DNA of 64,000 nucleotides, from NCBI GenBank assembly GCA_030704615.1, contig CM060734.1, forward strand, positions 47,864,001 to 47,928,000, written 5' to 3'. This DNA is from Takakia lepidozioides (lineage: Eukaryota > Plantae > Bryophyta). Position 1 is the first letter of the stretch; each line of letters opens with the position of its first letter. Positions 22,301 to 34,137 of the stretch are shown one piece after another. A program made the position numbers and the translations under genes. The notes under the pieces were generated by a model. It was not told the DNA's origin and did not search any database. It was given only the letters and a program-made list of their open reading frames with translations.

Positions 22301-25240
22301 GGTCCTCAACTAAAAGCTTTGGTGTCTGTCTGAGTTGCCCCAATAGTTCCTCAACTATAAGCTTTCTCATCTCCTCACTTGGTCTTTCAGGTGATCTTTT
22401 TAGATCTTCCACAAGGTTTCTCTTGGCTGTCACTTCTTCTTGGAGCTGGTAGCAAATAGGCAAGAAATGTTAGGTAAATATATGCCAACTGCATAATTGG
22501 TAAGAGAGAGCACAATTGATTTTCACGTGGCAGCATTATCCCATAACACAACAATACCATCATCTTTAATTCCAAAAAATGTATGGCTTCGAAGAAAATA
22601 CAAAATTGGCAGGGAAGGGCAGAAGTGGAATCCAAACGACCAGGTGGACAGACAGTCTGCATCAAACTTAAGCCTAACCAGTGAATGAAGGGCCCTCTGT
22701 TGTTGGGACTCTTTCTGCCTGCTGGCTTCAGCTGCAGCCTGTCTGAGTTGCCCTAATAGTTCCTCAACTATAAGCTTTCTCATCTCCTCACTTGTTCTTT
22801 CAGGTAATCTTTTTAGATCTTCCACAAGGTTTCTCTTGGCTGTCACTTCTTCTTGGAGCTGGTAGCAAATAGGCAAGAAATGTCAGGTGAATATATGCCA
22901 ACTGTATAATTGGTAAGAGAGAGCACAATTGATTTTCACGTGGCAGCATTATCCCATAACACAACAATACCATCATCTTTAATTCCAAAAAATGTACGGC
23001 TTCGAAGAGAATACAAAATTGGCAGGGAAGGGCAGAAGTGGAAACCAAACGACCAGGTGGACAGACAGTCTGCATCGAACTTAAGCCTAACCAGTAAATG
23101 AAGGGCCCTCTGTTGTTGGGACTCTTTCTGCCTGTTGGCTTCAGCTGCAGCATGAATAGTCCAAATTCAACAGTGTGAAGATTTTGACAGAGATACACAG
23201 AAATGAATACCCTGATGGCATATAAATAGGCACACGATGGATGACAGACAACTAGGTTTCTGTAGCATTATTTGGAATAAGAGAAAGTCCACTTATGAGA
23301 GTAAAAGACAACTAACTTTGAGCTCAAGATTTGGATTCTCAGAATGGAAGTTCCTGATCACTCTCCAATACCACATACTTTCCAGGGAGGCGTCCTTGAC
23401 AGCAGTCTTACCATGCTGTAAATCTTCCCGTACAGCATCGAGTACACTGAGAATATCGCTGACAGCCTTATCCAGAGAACCAAGGGACTCTTTCTGCCTG
23501 TTGGCTTCAGCTGCAGCACGAATAGTCCAAATTCAACAGTGTGAAGATGTGGATCGCATATACAAAGGCACACGATGAATGGCAGACATACCTAGGTTTC
23601 TGTAGCATTAATTGAAATAAGAGAAAGTCCACTTATGAGGATGAAAGACACAAAAATTTGTGCTCAAGATTCAGGCAGTCAGGATTCCCAGAATAGAAGT
23701 TCCAGATCACCCTCCAACATCGCATACTTTCCAGGGAGGTGTCCTTGACAGCAGTCTTACCATGCTGTAAATCTTCCCGCATAGCATCGAGTGCACTGCG
23801 CATATCGTTGACAGCCTTACCATGCTGTAATTCTTCCCGTATAGCATCGAGTGCAATGTGAACATCGTTGACAGCTTTATCCAGACCAAGGGACTCTTTC
23901 TGCCTGTTGGCTTCAGCTGCAGCATGAATAGTCCAAATTCAACAGTGTAAAGATGTGAACAGAGATACACAGAAATGAATACAGAGTCACACAATGGATG
24001 ACAGACATAACTTTCTGTAGCATTATTTGGAATAAGAGAAAGTCCACTTATGAGAATAAAAGACAATTTGTGCTCAAGATTTGGACGGGCAGGACTCTCA
24101 GTATAGAGTTTCTAACCACTCTCCGACACCCCATACTTTCCAGGGAGGTGTCCTTGACAGCAGTCTTACCATGCTGTAAATCTTCCCGTATAGCATCGAG
24201 TCCACTGCTCAGATCGTTGACGGCCTTATCCAGAGAACCAAGGCGCTCCTCCATTTCTTCAGACACACTGCCTGTTCATCAATCTCCCAAGAGAACTCAC
24301 ACGTTGAACTGCATCGTCGGATTGGTAACTTAAGTACACACATTGATTCTGTTGAGCTCCAACCTCAGAGGGTCAATAGAAATCAGCAATTGCACTGATG
24401 AGCAAAAGTGGAGAACAACAAAACAAACACCAGCTGAGCACTAACATTTATTGTTTGGCCAAGGGCGATTGGAAATTTGCTGCAGCAGACTGTGTGCCGC
24501 AGAGGATGAGCTCATAGCCACTTTTGGCCCTCCCTCACGGGTGGCAAGAGGAGGCTGTGTGATATAAGCAGAATAATATGGAGACGGAGGTCTCTTGCAA
24601 GCCAAATCCTTGTCACGTTGACCATATCTCCACTGCAAGACCTCAACCAACACATCTGAGTCATATATAACGAATCCTAAACCGCATCTAATAAAGTGAA
24701 CTATAGTTAGAGTTCAACACAAATCAGAAAACTGCAGCAGAACATGGACTCCGGAGATACAGATGACAGATGATCCGGGTCCAAGTGGGACGAAAGGTGC
24801 AGAGTGTTAGAAGGAGGTCCATCAAAAACTCGAAACAGATTACTCCGGGTTGATCACTCTTGCAGCAGGCACATCCGCTACTTTATGTGCAGGGAATGTG
24901 CAACTAACTTGATCATTGGCGAGATTGTACTCCTCTTGCGAATTGTGAGAAAATTGTTGCGAAATCTGAGATTGTGGCAGAATGCCCTGCGACTGCTGAC
25001 TCTGTGAAGAGTACACATTTGAAGGCGTCTGAGATTGTGGAAGAGTCCCCTGCGACTGCTGAAATACATTTGAAGGTGGCCGTGGTAGATACTTTGCTTT
25101 GTTCAGGGAAGCGTCAAGGTGTCCCTCACGACCGTGCATATTCGGTCTCGATAAAGTCGCTCGCGGTCCACTCGCACACCTTTCGGTGACAGTCCGAGTG
25201 GAAAAACCGCATAGAAGTTATAATTTACTAATGCAGGCAT
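19390..25240 (-). CDS. PRD3: PRD3/PAIR1-like (Mer2/IHO1 functional class) meiotic recombination initiation protein with an expanded coiled coil; 3' exons and stop uncertain
   Basis: Phase-consistent GT-AG exons: 25240-25180, 25096-24909 (SQ-rich, ...FSHNSQEEYNLANDQ), 24632-24446, 24271-24137 (CSVSEEMEERLGSLDKAVNDLSSGLDAIREDLQHGKTAVKDTSLE), 23916-23728, 23510-23379, 23144-23092 (TEANRQKESQQQRALHLL), 22858-22679, 22445-22203 (...LSQLKGENCRSIQSEMK). Order and motifs parallel angiosperm PRD3/PAIR1 as recalled (FSQ..NDQ; SEELEQR..LDSIQSD..KE..LE; ERIQQK; LQKIQREICHTF). Candidate further exons near 21.9, 21.6, 21.3, 20.1 and 19.5 kb. Confidence 0.75.
20500..21150 (-). mobile_element. LINE 3' fragment, probably inside a PRD3-like intron
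   Basis: DCKCPWCGQPEE aligns with DCNCPLCGQPED of the copy at ~33200. Confidence 0.65.
22325..24245 (-). repeat. Intragenic tandem exon+intron duplications (three copies spaced 409 and 349 bp; two copies spaced 413 bp)
   Basis: Near-identical introns and exon halves; the donor GAAA|GTATG recurs at 24137, 23728 and 23379; the acceptor TACCAG|CTCCAAG recurs at 22858 and 22445. Confidence 0.95.
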
Positions 25241-27375
25241 AGAAAAAGCAAAGAAAGCATCTCGCTGCTCATTCTCCCCGGACAACATCATCTCCGTTTC
25301 TGAAAAATGCATAGCAGCATCGATTCGAGCCTGTTTCGAGAAATTTGTGAATACCTGGAGTTTCCCAAGGCATGGGGAAAAGGCGAAAGGGCGGTGAGGT
25401 CGACATGGCGAGGTCTGTTCATTCTCAGCTTGGTCATGTCCCGCACACCGCACCGTCTCTGCGATGCTTCACTCTCATTCCGCAGTCGCAGAGAATCTTC
25501 TCACAATCTGAATGCCCAAACTTTGGCGGGTCAGATAATAGATGAACGTGGTATGGGAATGTTCATCCAAACCAACGTTCGTCAATTGACAACCCAGAGA
25601 GTTAACAGCATTGTTTGAATTGTTTTTTTTTTTTTTTTTTTTTTTTTGTAATATGCAAATGGATTGTTGCCCTTCCTTGTCCTCTCTTTTGATTGGTGTA
25701 ACGCAGTAGCCAAAAAAAAAAAAAAAAAGAAAAAAAGAAAGAAAGTATCCTTTGGTTCCTCGTTGGAGTTCAGTTGAGAGTAATCTCTCAATGTGAAAAA
25801 AAATGAAGCTTCGCACCCGCAAACATATTTTGGCTATGGTTGGTATGAATGATCGGTTTTGGATTGGTGAAGTTCAGCATATTCATTCTAACTTCTTGAC
25901 GACTGGAGGTCGGAGACTAGTTTTAGTGTACAGCAGGAATACGGTGCCATAGTCCCATGTCATCATCACCACATCATCATCAGCCTATTTTTTAAGCTGC
26001 CCTGTGAAAGAAAACTGAATTATGAAAATCACCTTCGACAAATCTGCTCTAATATTCAATCATCAGCCATGTCATTAAGCTGCCCAGGAAAAAGAAATTG
26101 AATTATGAAAATCAGAGCTTATGGCCATATACGACGCTCTCCTCCTACTCGATACCTTTAGCCCCCATACTTCATCCTTATTCCTCATCCGCAACCACAT
26201 TGCCCGTCCCAACCACCCATCATCCTGACCACAACCTCATGTCAGCCATAGTCGACGCCGCCGTCTCTATACAGCATACAAGGGCCCTGGGAACTTTTTC
26301 CTCTTTCAGAGTGAAGGCTTTCGCCAGAGTCTTTTCTCTCAGTAAGAAAAAAAAACAAAAAAAAGTACCTTTAATTGATTGATTGAATATGTTTCGATTT
26401 TAAAATTAATATTTTTAATGTAAAACTTTATTTGAGGTGTAGTCTCTTTAAGATCGGTTGCTATTTCACTTCATTCTCCTAGACGGTTGACAGTCGACAT
26501 CAAGTTCTGCCTGAGAACTGCCCCTAGAATAAAGTTTAAGACCTTTTGAGCGTTTTAATTTTAATTTTCCCCTCCAATAAAGATAAGGGCTTCCCGAGTC
26601 CCATTTTTCCGAAAAGAAAAGAGGTGGCAATGCTCCTTGCACCTCTTCCTGATGTCTTTTAGGGTTTCGATTCTGTTTTCCTGTCCCTTTCCAATGCAGA
26701 TTGCCATGGATTTTGCTCTTTCCTTAGCCCTTTTGAACTTTTTGGATATTTTTGGTACCCTTCTGAACCACAAATTCCAACCATGTAACTTAGGACTGAG
26801 CCTAGTTTAGCCATGCATCACACCATGGAAATACATATTTTATGATGTTTTCGCGGACCTAAAATTTGAGCCCTTACACAAAAAAAAAACAAAAGTCCCA
26901 CAAATTTATGGGTTGACCGGACCGGACCATAAATTGTACATTTACGCCAGGCCTAAGACACCTAGGGCCTTACGAAAATTCGTAAGATGACGATTTTGGG
27001 AGTGTGATGAAGACCTGTTTACATGACCAGACAGTGTTCTTGAATGTACAAGCATTGGAAACTTAGCCTCTTTTAGAAGCTTGTTACTTTAGGGCAGGTT
27101 GGTTTTTCACGCCGGTGAGGGGCAGCTGAATGAGGCCATTCCACGGCTTAAGAATGCCCAAAGCAGCTACATAAACATAATACATATAAACAATAAGGTG
27201 TTACTATACAGTTGAACTTTTCTGGAGTGAATACGTATTTCTATTTTTAAGGAAACCTCAGCGGAAGGGGGAATCAGGCAAACAGAGGACAGGCCAGGCG
27301 GATTCACAGGGGTTTGAGCCCAAGACCCCTCATGCAAATCATAGAGCAATATGGATTGGTCTCCCCGAGGGAAAG

Positions 27376-27625
27376 GTTGATTAAATGGGTCTCGCCGAGG
27401 GAGAGGGAGAGGAAGAGGGACTCGACTGGAGAGTATGAAGGTGATTAAATTGGTCTCGCCGAGGGAGAGGGAGAGGAAGAGGGACTCGACTGGAGAGTAT
27501 GAAGGTGATTAAATTGGTCTCGCCGAGGGAGAGGGAGAGGAAGAGGGACTCGACTGGAGAGTATGAAGGTGATTAAATGGGTCTCGCCGAGGGAGAGGAA
27601 GAGGGACTAGACTGGAGAGTATAAA
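27376..27625 (+). repeat. 64-bp tandem repeat x4 in the RING gene promoter; the last copy ends in TATAAA (27620-27625)
   Basis: Unit GGTGATTAAATTGGTCTCGCCGAGGGAGAGGGAGAGGAAGAGGGACTCGACTGGAGAGTATGAA at 27376, 27440, 27504 and 27568 (the last has a 6-bp deletion). Confidence 0.95.
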
Positions 27626-27901
27626 GGGCTGCTTGCTCTCCTTCACACAGTCTCTCTCAAACTCTCGTCTCCAATTCTTACCGGTAGTCGTTTCAGAGCA
27701 TCTCTCTCGTCTTTCTCACTCTAGTTGTCTCCAATTCTCACACACTGTCTGTGTCTCTCTCTCGTCGCTCGGCTTCAATTTCTACCAGTAGTTGTTTCAC
27801 ACGGTCTCTCTCGCGCTCTTCTCCATTCTTAAAGTCGATGTCTGCGCCCTTTTCTATCTCTAGCGTCTAGCGCTCTTCTCCATTCTTACAGTCGTTTCAA
27901 G

Positions 27902-28602
27902 ATGTCTGTGCCCTTTTCTGCAGTGGGCTACCCTTGTTCTGAGGTACTTCCCCAAGTTTGCCAGATGAGGATTCGCTGTTGTTTCATTTTCTAATTTTTT
28001 TGCAAGCTTATTATTTGTTCCATTGTTTCTGCTCTTTTGGCCCACTACGGTGTTCAGTCTGTATATGTCTATATACTGTGATACAACTTTCAACATCTTA
28101 ATTCTGATTTGCTCTTTGTCACGGGTCCCTCTAAGTGCTGTTGTTGTTTGTGTCTGTCCAGATCGCCACCAACATCAATGCAATTGGCACGACGATCCCT
28201 CTGGTATCGAGCAGGATCAGACGTAGCTGTACCTTCGACTGCAATATCTGCCTCGACGTTCCCAGTGAACCTATACTTACCAGGTGCTGCTGCCATGTAT
28301 TTTGCTGGTCTTGCATCTATCGGTGGCTTAACAGGGGCTTCGAAAAATTGTGCCCCGTATGCATGGAAGCTACTGAACTTGACAAGGTAATCCCCATCTA
28401 TGGCGGGCATTAGGAACAAACGACAGTGTTGGCGAGCCGAACAGACCCCCCTGAAGCTCCTGGAATTCCACCCCGCCCAAGGGCAGTCAGGCCTACTGAG
28501 CTCGCAAGTTCTGCCCCATTTGCAAACTTAGTTATTGGAGGAGAACATCACATCGACACAACAGAAATTACTGGGTTTGTCTTTCTCAATGAAAATTGTT
28601 GA
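27902..28602 (+). pseudogene. RMA/RNF5/RNF185-like RING-HC E3 ligase with a premature stop at 28411-28413
   Basis: Exon 27902-27943 (GAG|GTAC), exon from 28162: FDCNICLD..EPILTRCCCHVFCWSCIYRWL...CPVC...KVIPIYGG. After the TAG the same frame continues into the family motif DP...IPPRP; no C-terminal TM segment. Confidence 0.75.
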
Positions 28603-29825
28603 TCAACATGAATTTGAAACATCGTCACCTTCGTTTGTGACTCATTTTTAGTTTGCTTGTACAGTCACCTTATTTGGGTCTTTTACAAAGCTTTTACAGT
28701 GTTTTTGCATGCATAGGTTTTGTCACCATATTTATGATGGATCACAAAGAGCACAAATTTATGTCAACCTAGCATTTTAGAAAACCACTACATAACAGAA
28801 AGAACATGAACTTGTACATATCCAGAAAATTATACAAGTGACGGCACTTTGACATGATGATGCTCATGAATCATCTACTAAAGCATCTACTATAGCTCTT
28901 TATTACAATGGGAAGCATTGGTATACATATCGATGGATTAAGAAATCGTTGACAGTGATATCAGGTTTTTAAGAAAGTTTTGCTGATTCTTCAGGACAAC
29001 CTAGCCGGTGGGCGTACGGAAGTGGGCAAACTAGGACAGTGAAGGCCATACTGATAAAATTCCATGCCCAGATCGCTTCACTAATAGCTGTTTCTAGGTT
29101 ATGAAATTTATAAGCATGCACAAGGAGGGGGTGAAGCTGTACTCCCTTTATAAAGTGGACAGGGTGCTAGCCCTTTGCGTGCTGGAGGTTTCTCCAATGC
29201 AGGACTTGTGGCAGTCAATGTATCAGGGGAACTTTCATTGTAGAAAACAGAGCAGATATAGTGAATCAAACCAGTGCTGGCACCGGCATTCCAAAAGCCT
29301 TAAACCATTGACAAGATTCAGTTCAAAAGCTTTTGCAAATTGAGCCCCCAGGTCCAGGGATGATCATTGAATTTAGAAGAGAGATAATCAGCAAGAATTT
29401 CACTTACCCGGAAATTAGAGCTGAAAGTTGTCATTAGGTATTTCCTCGCTGAATGCTGAACACATTGCTGGTTTAGACAACTGTGACAGACGATCAAATT
29501 GATCCAGGAGACAACTGACAAGTCAAACACATATCGAAATTATCTGAATTTATATGCCAACAACTCTATTCCAACAAAGGACTCCTTAATTGTCAGCCAT
29601 TAGTGCCAATCTCCTGTTTACACAAAAACTGCCTCATCACAAACTCACAGGCTGAAGAGATGCATTCTAAGTTCCACAAGCTTGAGTTCCACCATTACCA
29701 GTGGGAGAATTTATAGTACAGGAAAACCTAAAGTTAAAGTATGCATGGCATGGCCCCAAAAGCCTGTGTGTGACTGTGCAGGATTGGCCAGAAAGATGAT
29801 AAAGCTTTGAAGATGCCTCCTTGGC

Positions 29826-32800
29826 TTAGACATTGTCTTCAGACCCCACTGCTTCCAAAACTGCTTTTGAGGGAGGCCCTACAGATAAGTTCATTTCTGA
29901 TAGACTCGAGTCTTCTTTTGATGAAGTCGTCAACCTCTCCTCCAAAGCACGTGCACCCCGCTCTCTGTCTCCACACAGAGACAACCACTGAGGAAAGCTC
30001 CACCCAGCTACATTCATTTCAGAGCAACCCATTTATTGTTTGCGATAGTCTAAAAGAGTAGAGTGAATTCAACTGGAAGGTTACGATGGATGCATATTTG
30101 TTACACAGTCAGTGCTCTCCTACTTGAATAAACTATGGCCTCTCCTCCAGCCCCCACCACTGTCTGTTAGTCAGTATCTCAATTGAAGGTGCTAATATCA
30201 GCAATGTGAGACTTGATTGTGGATTAAGAAAGGTGACTTACCGTCGTCTAGTGGCCTCCACAGGGTCTGAGCCAGGAAGGGGCTTTCCACCAAGAACATA
30301 GCCCTGCCCTTCCTCCAGTGGTTGACCCCTCCGGCCACAAAATACCTTCTCAAAAATGGTAGAAATTGGATTCACAAAAGGCCTGCACACATGACACACA
30401 CCGGAAAGCTTTATGGTGGTGTCATACCTGGAAAAACATAAATATGATCTGCTACGAGCTTGCAATACAATGCCTCTGCAAGCAAAGTCCAAAAGACCCA
30501 GAGAAGCAGACATAAATATCAGGAAGGGGTGGAGACAGACACATAAGGAGGGAGAGAGAGGTTGACTCACAACCCAACAACTAGGGAGAAAGTAAAGAAG
30601 TACGTACTGCATGAAACCAGGAAAGAAGGTGGTGAAGGCAAACTCAGCACTTGCATCGCCTTTGAACCCTGCCTCGGGCTTTCTTTGAAAGTACCGTAAG
30701 TAGAGCCAGCCTCCGTATGTCCCAAACACAATGAATGGGACATACAAGATTGGCTCCTTAGCAAAAAAGCTCGAGATGACTGTCACTGTCACCAAAAGGG
30801 AAGGCAACCACTGCGTACATCACTTGCATGTCAGGACATTTGTTGCTTCCAGACTCTTGGACCACACCCTGTAGGGAACTAGAATGCTTAGATTTCTACG
30901 TTGAAAGTCCCATCAGCGAACATAAGCTGCTGGCCGTAAACTCCAATCCTCACTTGCCAAACTAGAGACTTGGGGGATATTTATTATTTAACCGGCAGGT
31001 GCTGGTCCTTTCCAAAATAAGCATCATATCCAAAACCACAAAGCATACCTTGGTACGGAATTTGACAACTAGCGATGAAATTTCTTGATCAGGCATTATC
31101 TGCTTCAATGCCACCAGGAAGCCAGCCAATACCCCATGAAACCCTGATATGGGAATGTACCTACATGGATCCAATCCAAAAAACTCAGAACCTATCACAT
31201 GCAATGTAATGTCATCAACCTACCCGCCCGATCTGCACTTACCTACCTGCCCTCAAGGGTATTCCACTGCCACTCTAGCAAATGGAAAATTTCAGTTTTA
31301 GAACAACTTCATTTGAACAGAGTGGGAATGCATGACAAAGCCCAGAGATCCCTTATGGGCTGCGAAACTGTGCCCACAAAAATAAGTGGAGAGAGTAACT
31401 CACAAAAATATCCCTTGTCTTGTGAGGTAATAGAGGAAGATTGCGAGGACAAATGTGCTCGCAGAGGCATAGAAGTTGACAAACACAATGAACTTGAGAA
31501 ACTCCCTTGAGCCCCAGACAGGCTCCAGCAACTTTCCAACAAAAAGTAGAGAAATGATGCTCACAACCAGCTGCCCAATATCAGGTGAAACGAGGTGTAA
31601 GACACTGTGACTGTCTCATTTCTAGGAAAGAGAGCCAAAAAGCACGAGACAGAAAACACGGAACGAGAGTTGGATACAGCCACAAAGGCAGAGGAAGGCC
31701 ATTCAAAAGGAGAAAAACATACACTAACAATAGATGTCTCCAGATAACCTGCTGTCAAGATATTCCACACAAAGGGGATAAACCTGCACAAACAAACTGC
31801 AAGTCAGAAATAGCACTTGGATGTAATGTCTGAAGGTAAAACATGGAGACTGAAGGAATCACTAAGAGCGAAAACTACCCAAGAGAGTGAACAGCTCCCT
31901 AGTAAACCCCAAAGTGACAGAGACACATTTGACATGGACAATGCAAGAAGCATACTTTCCAGGCACCAGTGCCACGTAATCAGCTGCAGAAGGAAAGATA
32001 GCAGACACTGTAAAGCCCGTCACCAGCAACACAGCCAGCCCTTTAGACAGCCTGGTGAAGCCAGTAAGCATCCCCCCCGCCTGGACATTCCACAAGTACT
32101 GTGTGAGATCACAAGGACCAGTTTCCTCTAACAACTTCCGAACCAGCTAGCAGTTGATTACTTGGGAACTGTTGGATGGACAAAACCCTAAAATGCCACT
32201 CTTATGCCCAATGCCGTTTTCATCCCTCCACTTGGTAAAAAATCATTGTGCAGGTTTATTCTCTAAAAACATTAAGGGAAAAGGCACTGATGTTTTAACA
32301 TCTATTATGGGTCAACTCAATGAAAGCGGTGCACCATGAGACAAAGATAGACCGAGAGAAAGAGAGTTATGTGGAGTAGGCTATGATTCTTGTAGTCTTG
32401 TGGCAATATACCCAACACCTAGCTCGTGTGCAGAAGAGATGCCCTAAGTAGACTTCACTTAAAGTGGGCTTCTGGCCACAGGCTGCACTTCTGATTTGAT
32501 GGGAAAAAACAGGGACGGGCAGGTGTGAGGGGGTTGGAGACGGGCAGAATGCTGCACAAAATTAGTAAAAGAACTATAGCTGACTGTGCTAAGTTATTCT
32601 GGTCCTTCAGATTGCTCTCATCAATTTTCTGTCACTTCTTCTTGTTCAAGTTGTGGGACTTAGCCGACTGTGTAAAGTTATTCTGGCCTTCCTTCCCTAG
32701 AAAGCTCTCAAGTCCAACATCAATTTGACACAAGTATTTACACAAGAATTTACGTGCAAAGAGGCTGCAGCCTATTTTTCTCAACCTTCTCAAACTGACT

Positions 32801-34137
32801 AAAAAGAAGTGCAGAGAGAATGTACTAACAAGACGTTGTTTGCCGTAGCCTTGTGGCCATTGACCCCGCGCTCAGTTTGAGTGGAACACAAAGGGACAGA
32901 AACTACCTTTGTCAGGGGCTGACGCCGGTAGTATGACTTACCTTGGAACAGACAATTAATCCGAGTATTCCAGATATCCTCTAGAAATCCCTTCACACAA
33001 GCATCAATCTGCTGTGTGTGGTTTGCCCAATAACTAGGCCCCAAAAGGGCCTGGGCTTTTGGCTCAGCCTCGAGACTTTCAGAGTTGGTAAACAGAGGTT
33101 CAGGCACAACTCCCTTGATGGATTTGAAGAGGGCGTCCCTCTCGTGAGCGTAACCAGGACAATGAATCAGAAAATGAATATTGTCTTCAGGTTGCCCACA
33201 CAACGGGCAATTGCAATCCCTCTTTCCACTCTGCATCTGTTTGCTGTTCAAAGGTAGGCCCTGCCTCATGGCTCTGCCTCGTGGGCCTTCATGATTCATA
33301 AATCATGAAGCTCCACGGACTGTTCATGATCCCGTTTCATGGTTCTACTTCATGACTGAGGTTCGTGGCTCGCTTCCCGACGTAAGTTTTAATTTCAGGA
33401 AGAAAAGAAAAGCTAAGGGTGGGGATGCTAGAACATATTGACAAACTCAAATTCTACAGAGAGGGATTAGGTCAAGTATTGCTGTGGAATGCAGGACCAA
33501 CTCCAATCGATACAGGACGCACCTTTTTGAAGTACAACGACACACTACAATATACATAAAGTCAAAATGTTGTACAGATGCTTGTATCTATTCCCAGTGA
33601 TGCGGATTTTACTCTGTCAATCGCCAGGGGAGGCTTACTGCATTTTCTTCATCTAGCCAGTAGCTATAGGGGCTAACCCTGACCGATGTATGAGGCACGC
33701 ACGCCAAAATCATATGTGGAATAAGAGAAGATCGGCAGATCGGCACCGAGGGAACAGGAGGTCCGGATTAGGTTCAACATTCCTCATATCAAGAAAAAGA
33801 TCTGGAAATCCGTACCGAGAGACGAAGGAAGGGATTAAGCTAAGGAAAGATCCAGAGATGAAGGAAAATAGTCGAAGACAGGAATTACCAACAACAGAAA
33901 CCTGCCAAAAATTTACAAAAACAACTACAATCCACTCGGCGTCCTAACCGCCGGAGGATCGGTGCTGCGTGGTATCATGAGGGAAAAGAAACAGGAGAGA
34001 GGAATTCTAAACTAAATGCAGCAATTCTGAAACTAGGGAATACGCAGGAAAACAAAACGGGTATCCACCAAGGCATAATCAATGAAGACAAAGCAGAGAG
34101 ACGAAAATACCCCGGGGAAAGGTGAAGGGGAGCTCAT
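29826..34137 (-). CDS. RBL19: Rhomboid-like protein 19 / TMEM115 (DUF1751) membrane protein
   Basis: Exons: 34137-34111 (MSSPSPFPG), from 32080 (AGGMLTGFTRLSKGLAV), FIPFVWNILTAGYLE, GKLLEPVWGSREFLKFI, SGFHGVLAGFLVALKQIMPDQE, GWLYLRYFQ..GDASAEFAFTTFFP, LPGSDPVEATRRR|ERGARALEERL; stop at 29826-29828. Confidence 0.92.
32835..33260 (-). mobile_element. 5'-truncated LINE (ORF2 C-terminal CCHC zinc knuckle plus 3' end) in RBL19 intron 1
   Basis: CPLCGQPEDNIHFLIHCPGY...FLEDIWNTR is typical of non-LTR retrotransposon ORF2 ends; related copies at 4.7 and 20.9 kb. Confidence 0.8.

Noticed and set aside
20017-24271. Coiled-coil exons as the N-terminal CC domain of an NLR
   Set aside because: Exon order and motifs fit PRD3/PAIR1 far better, and no valid P-loop was found at 20.3 kb.
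27376-27625. CRISPR-like array
   Set aside because: Head-to-tail repeats with no unique spacers; eukaryotic context; no cas genes.
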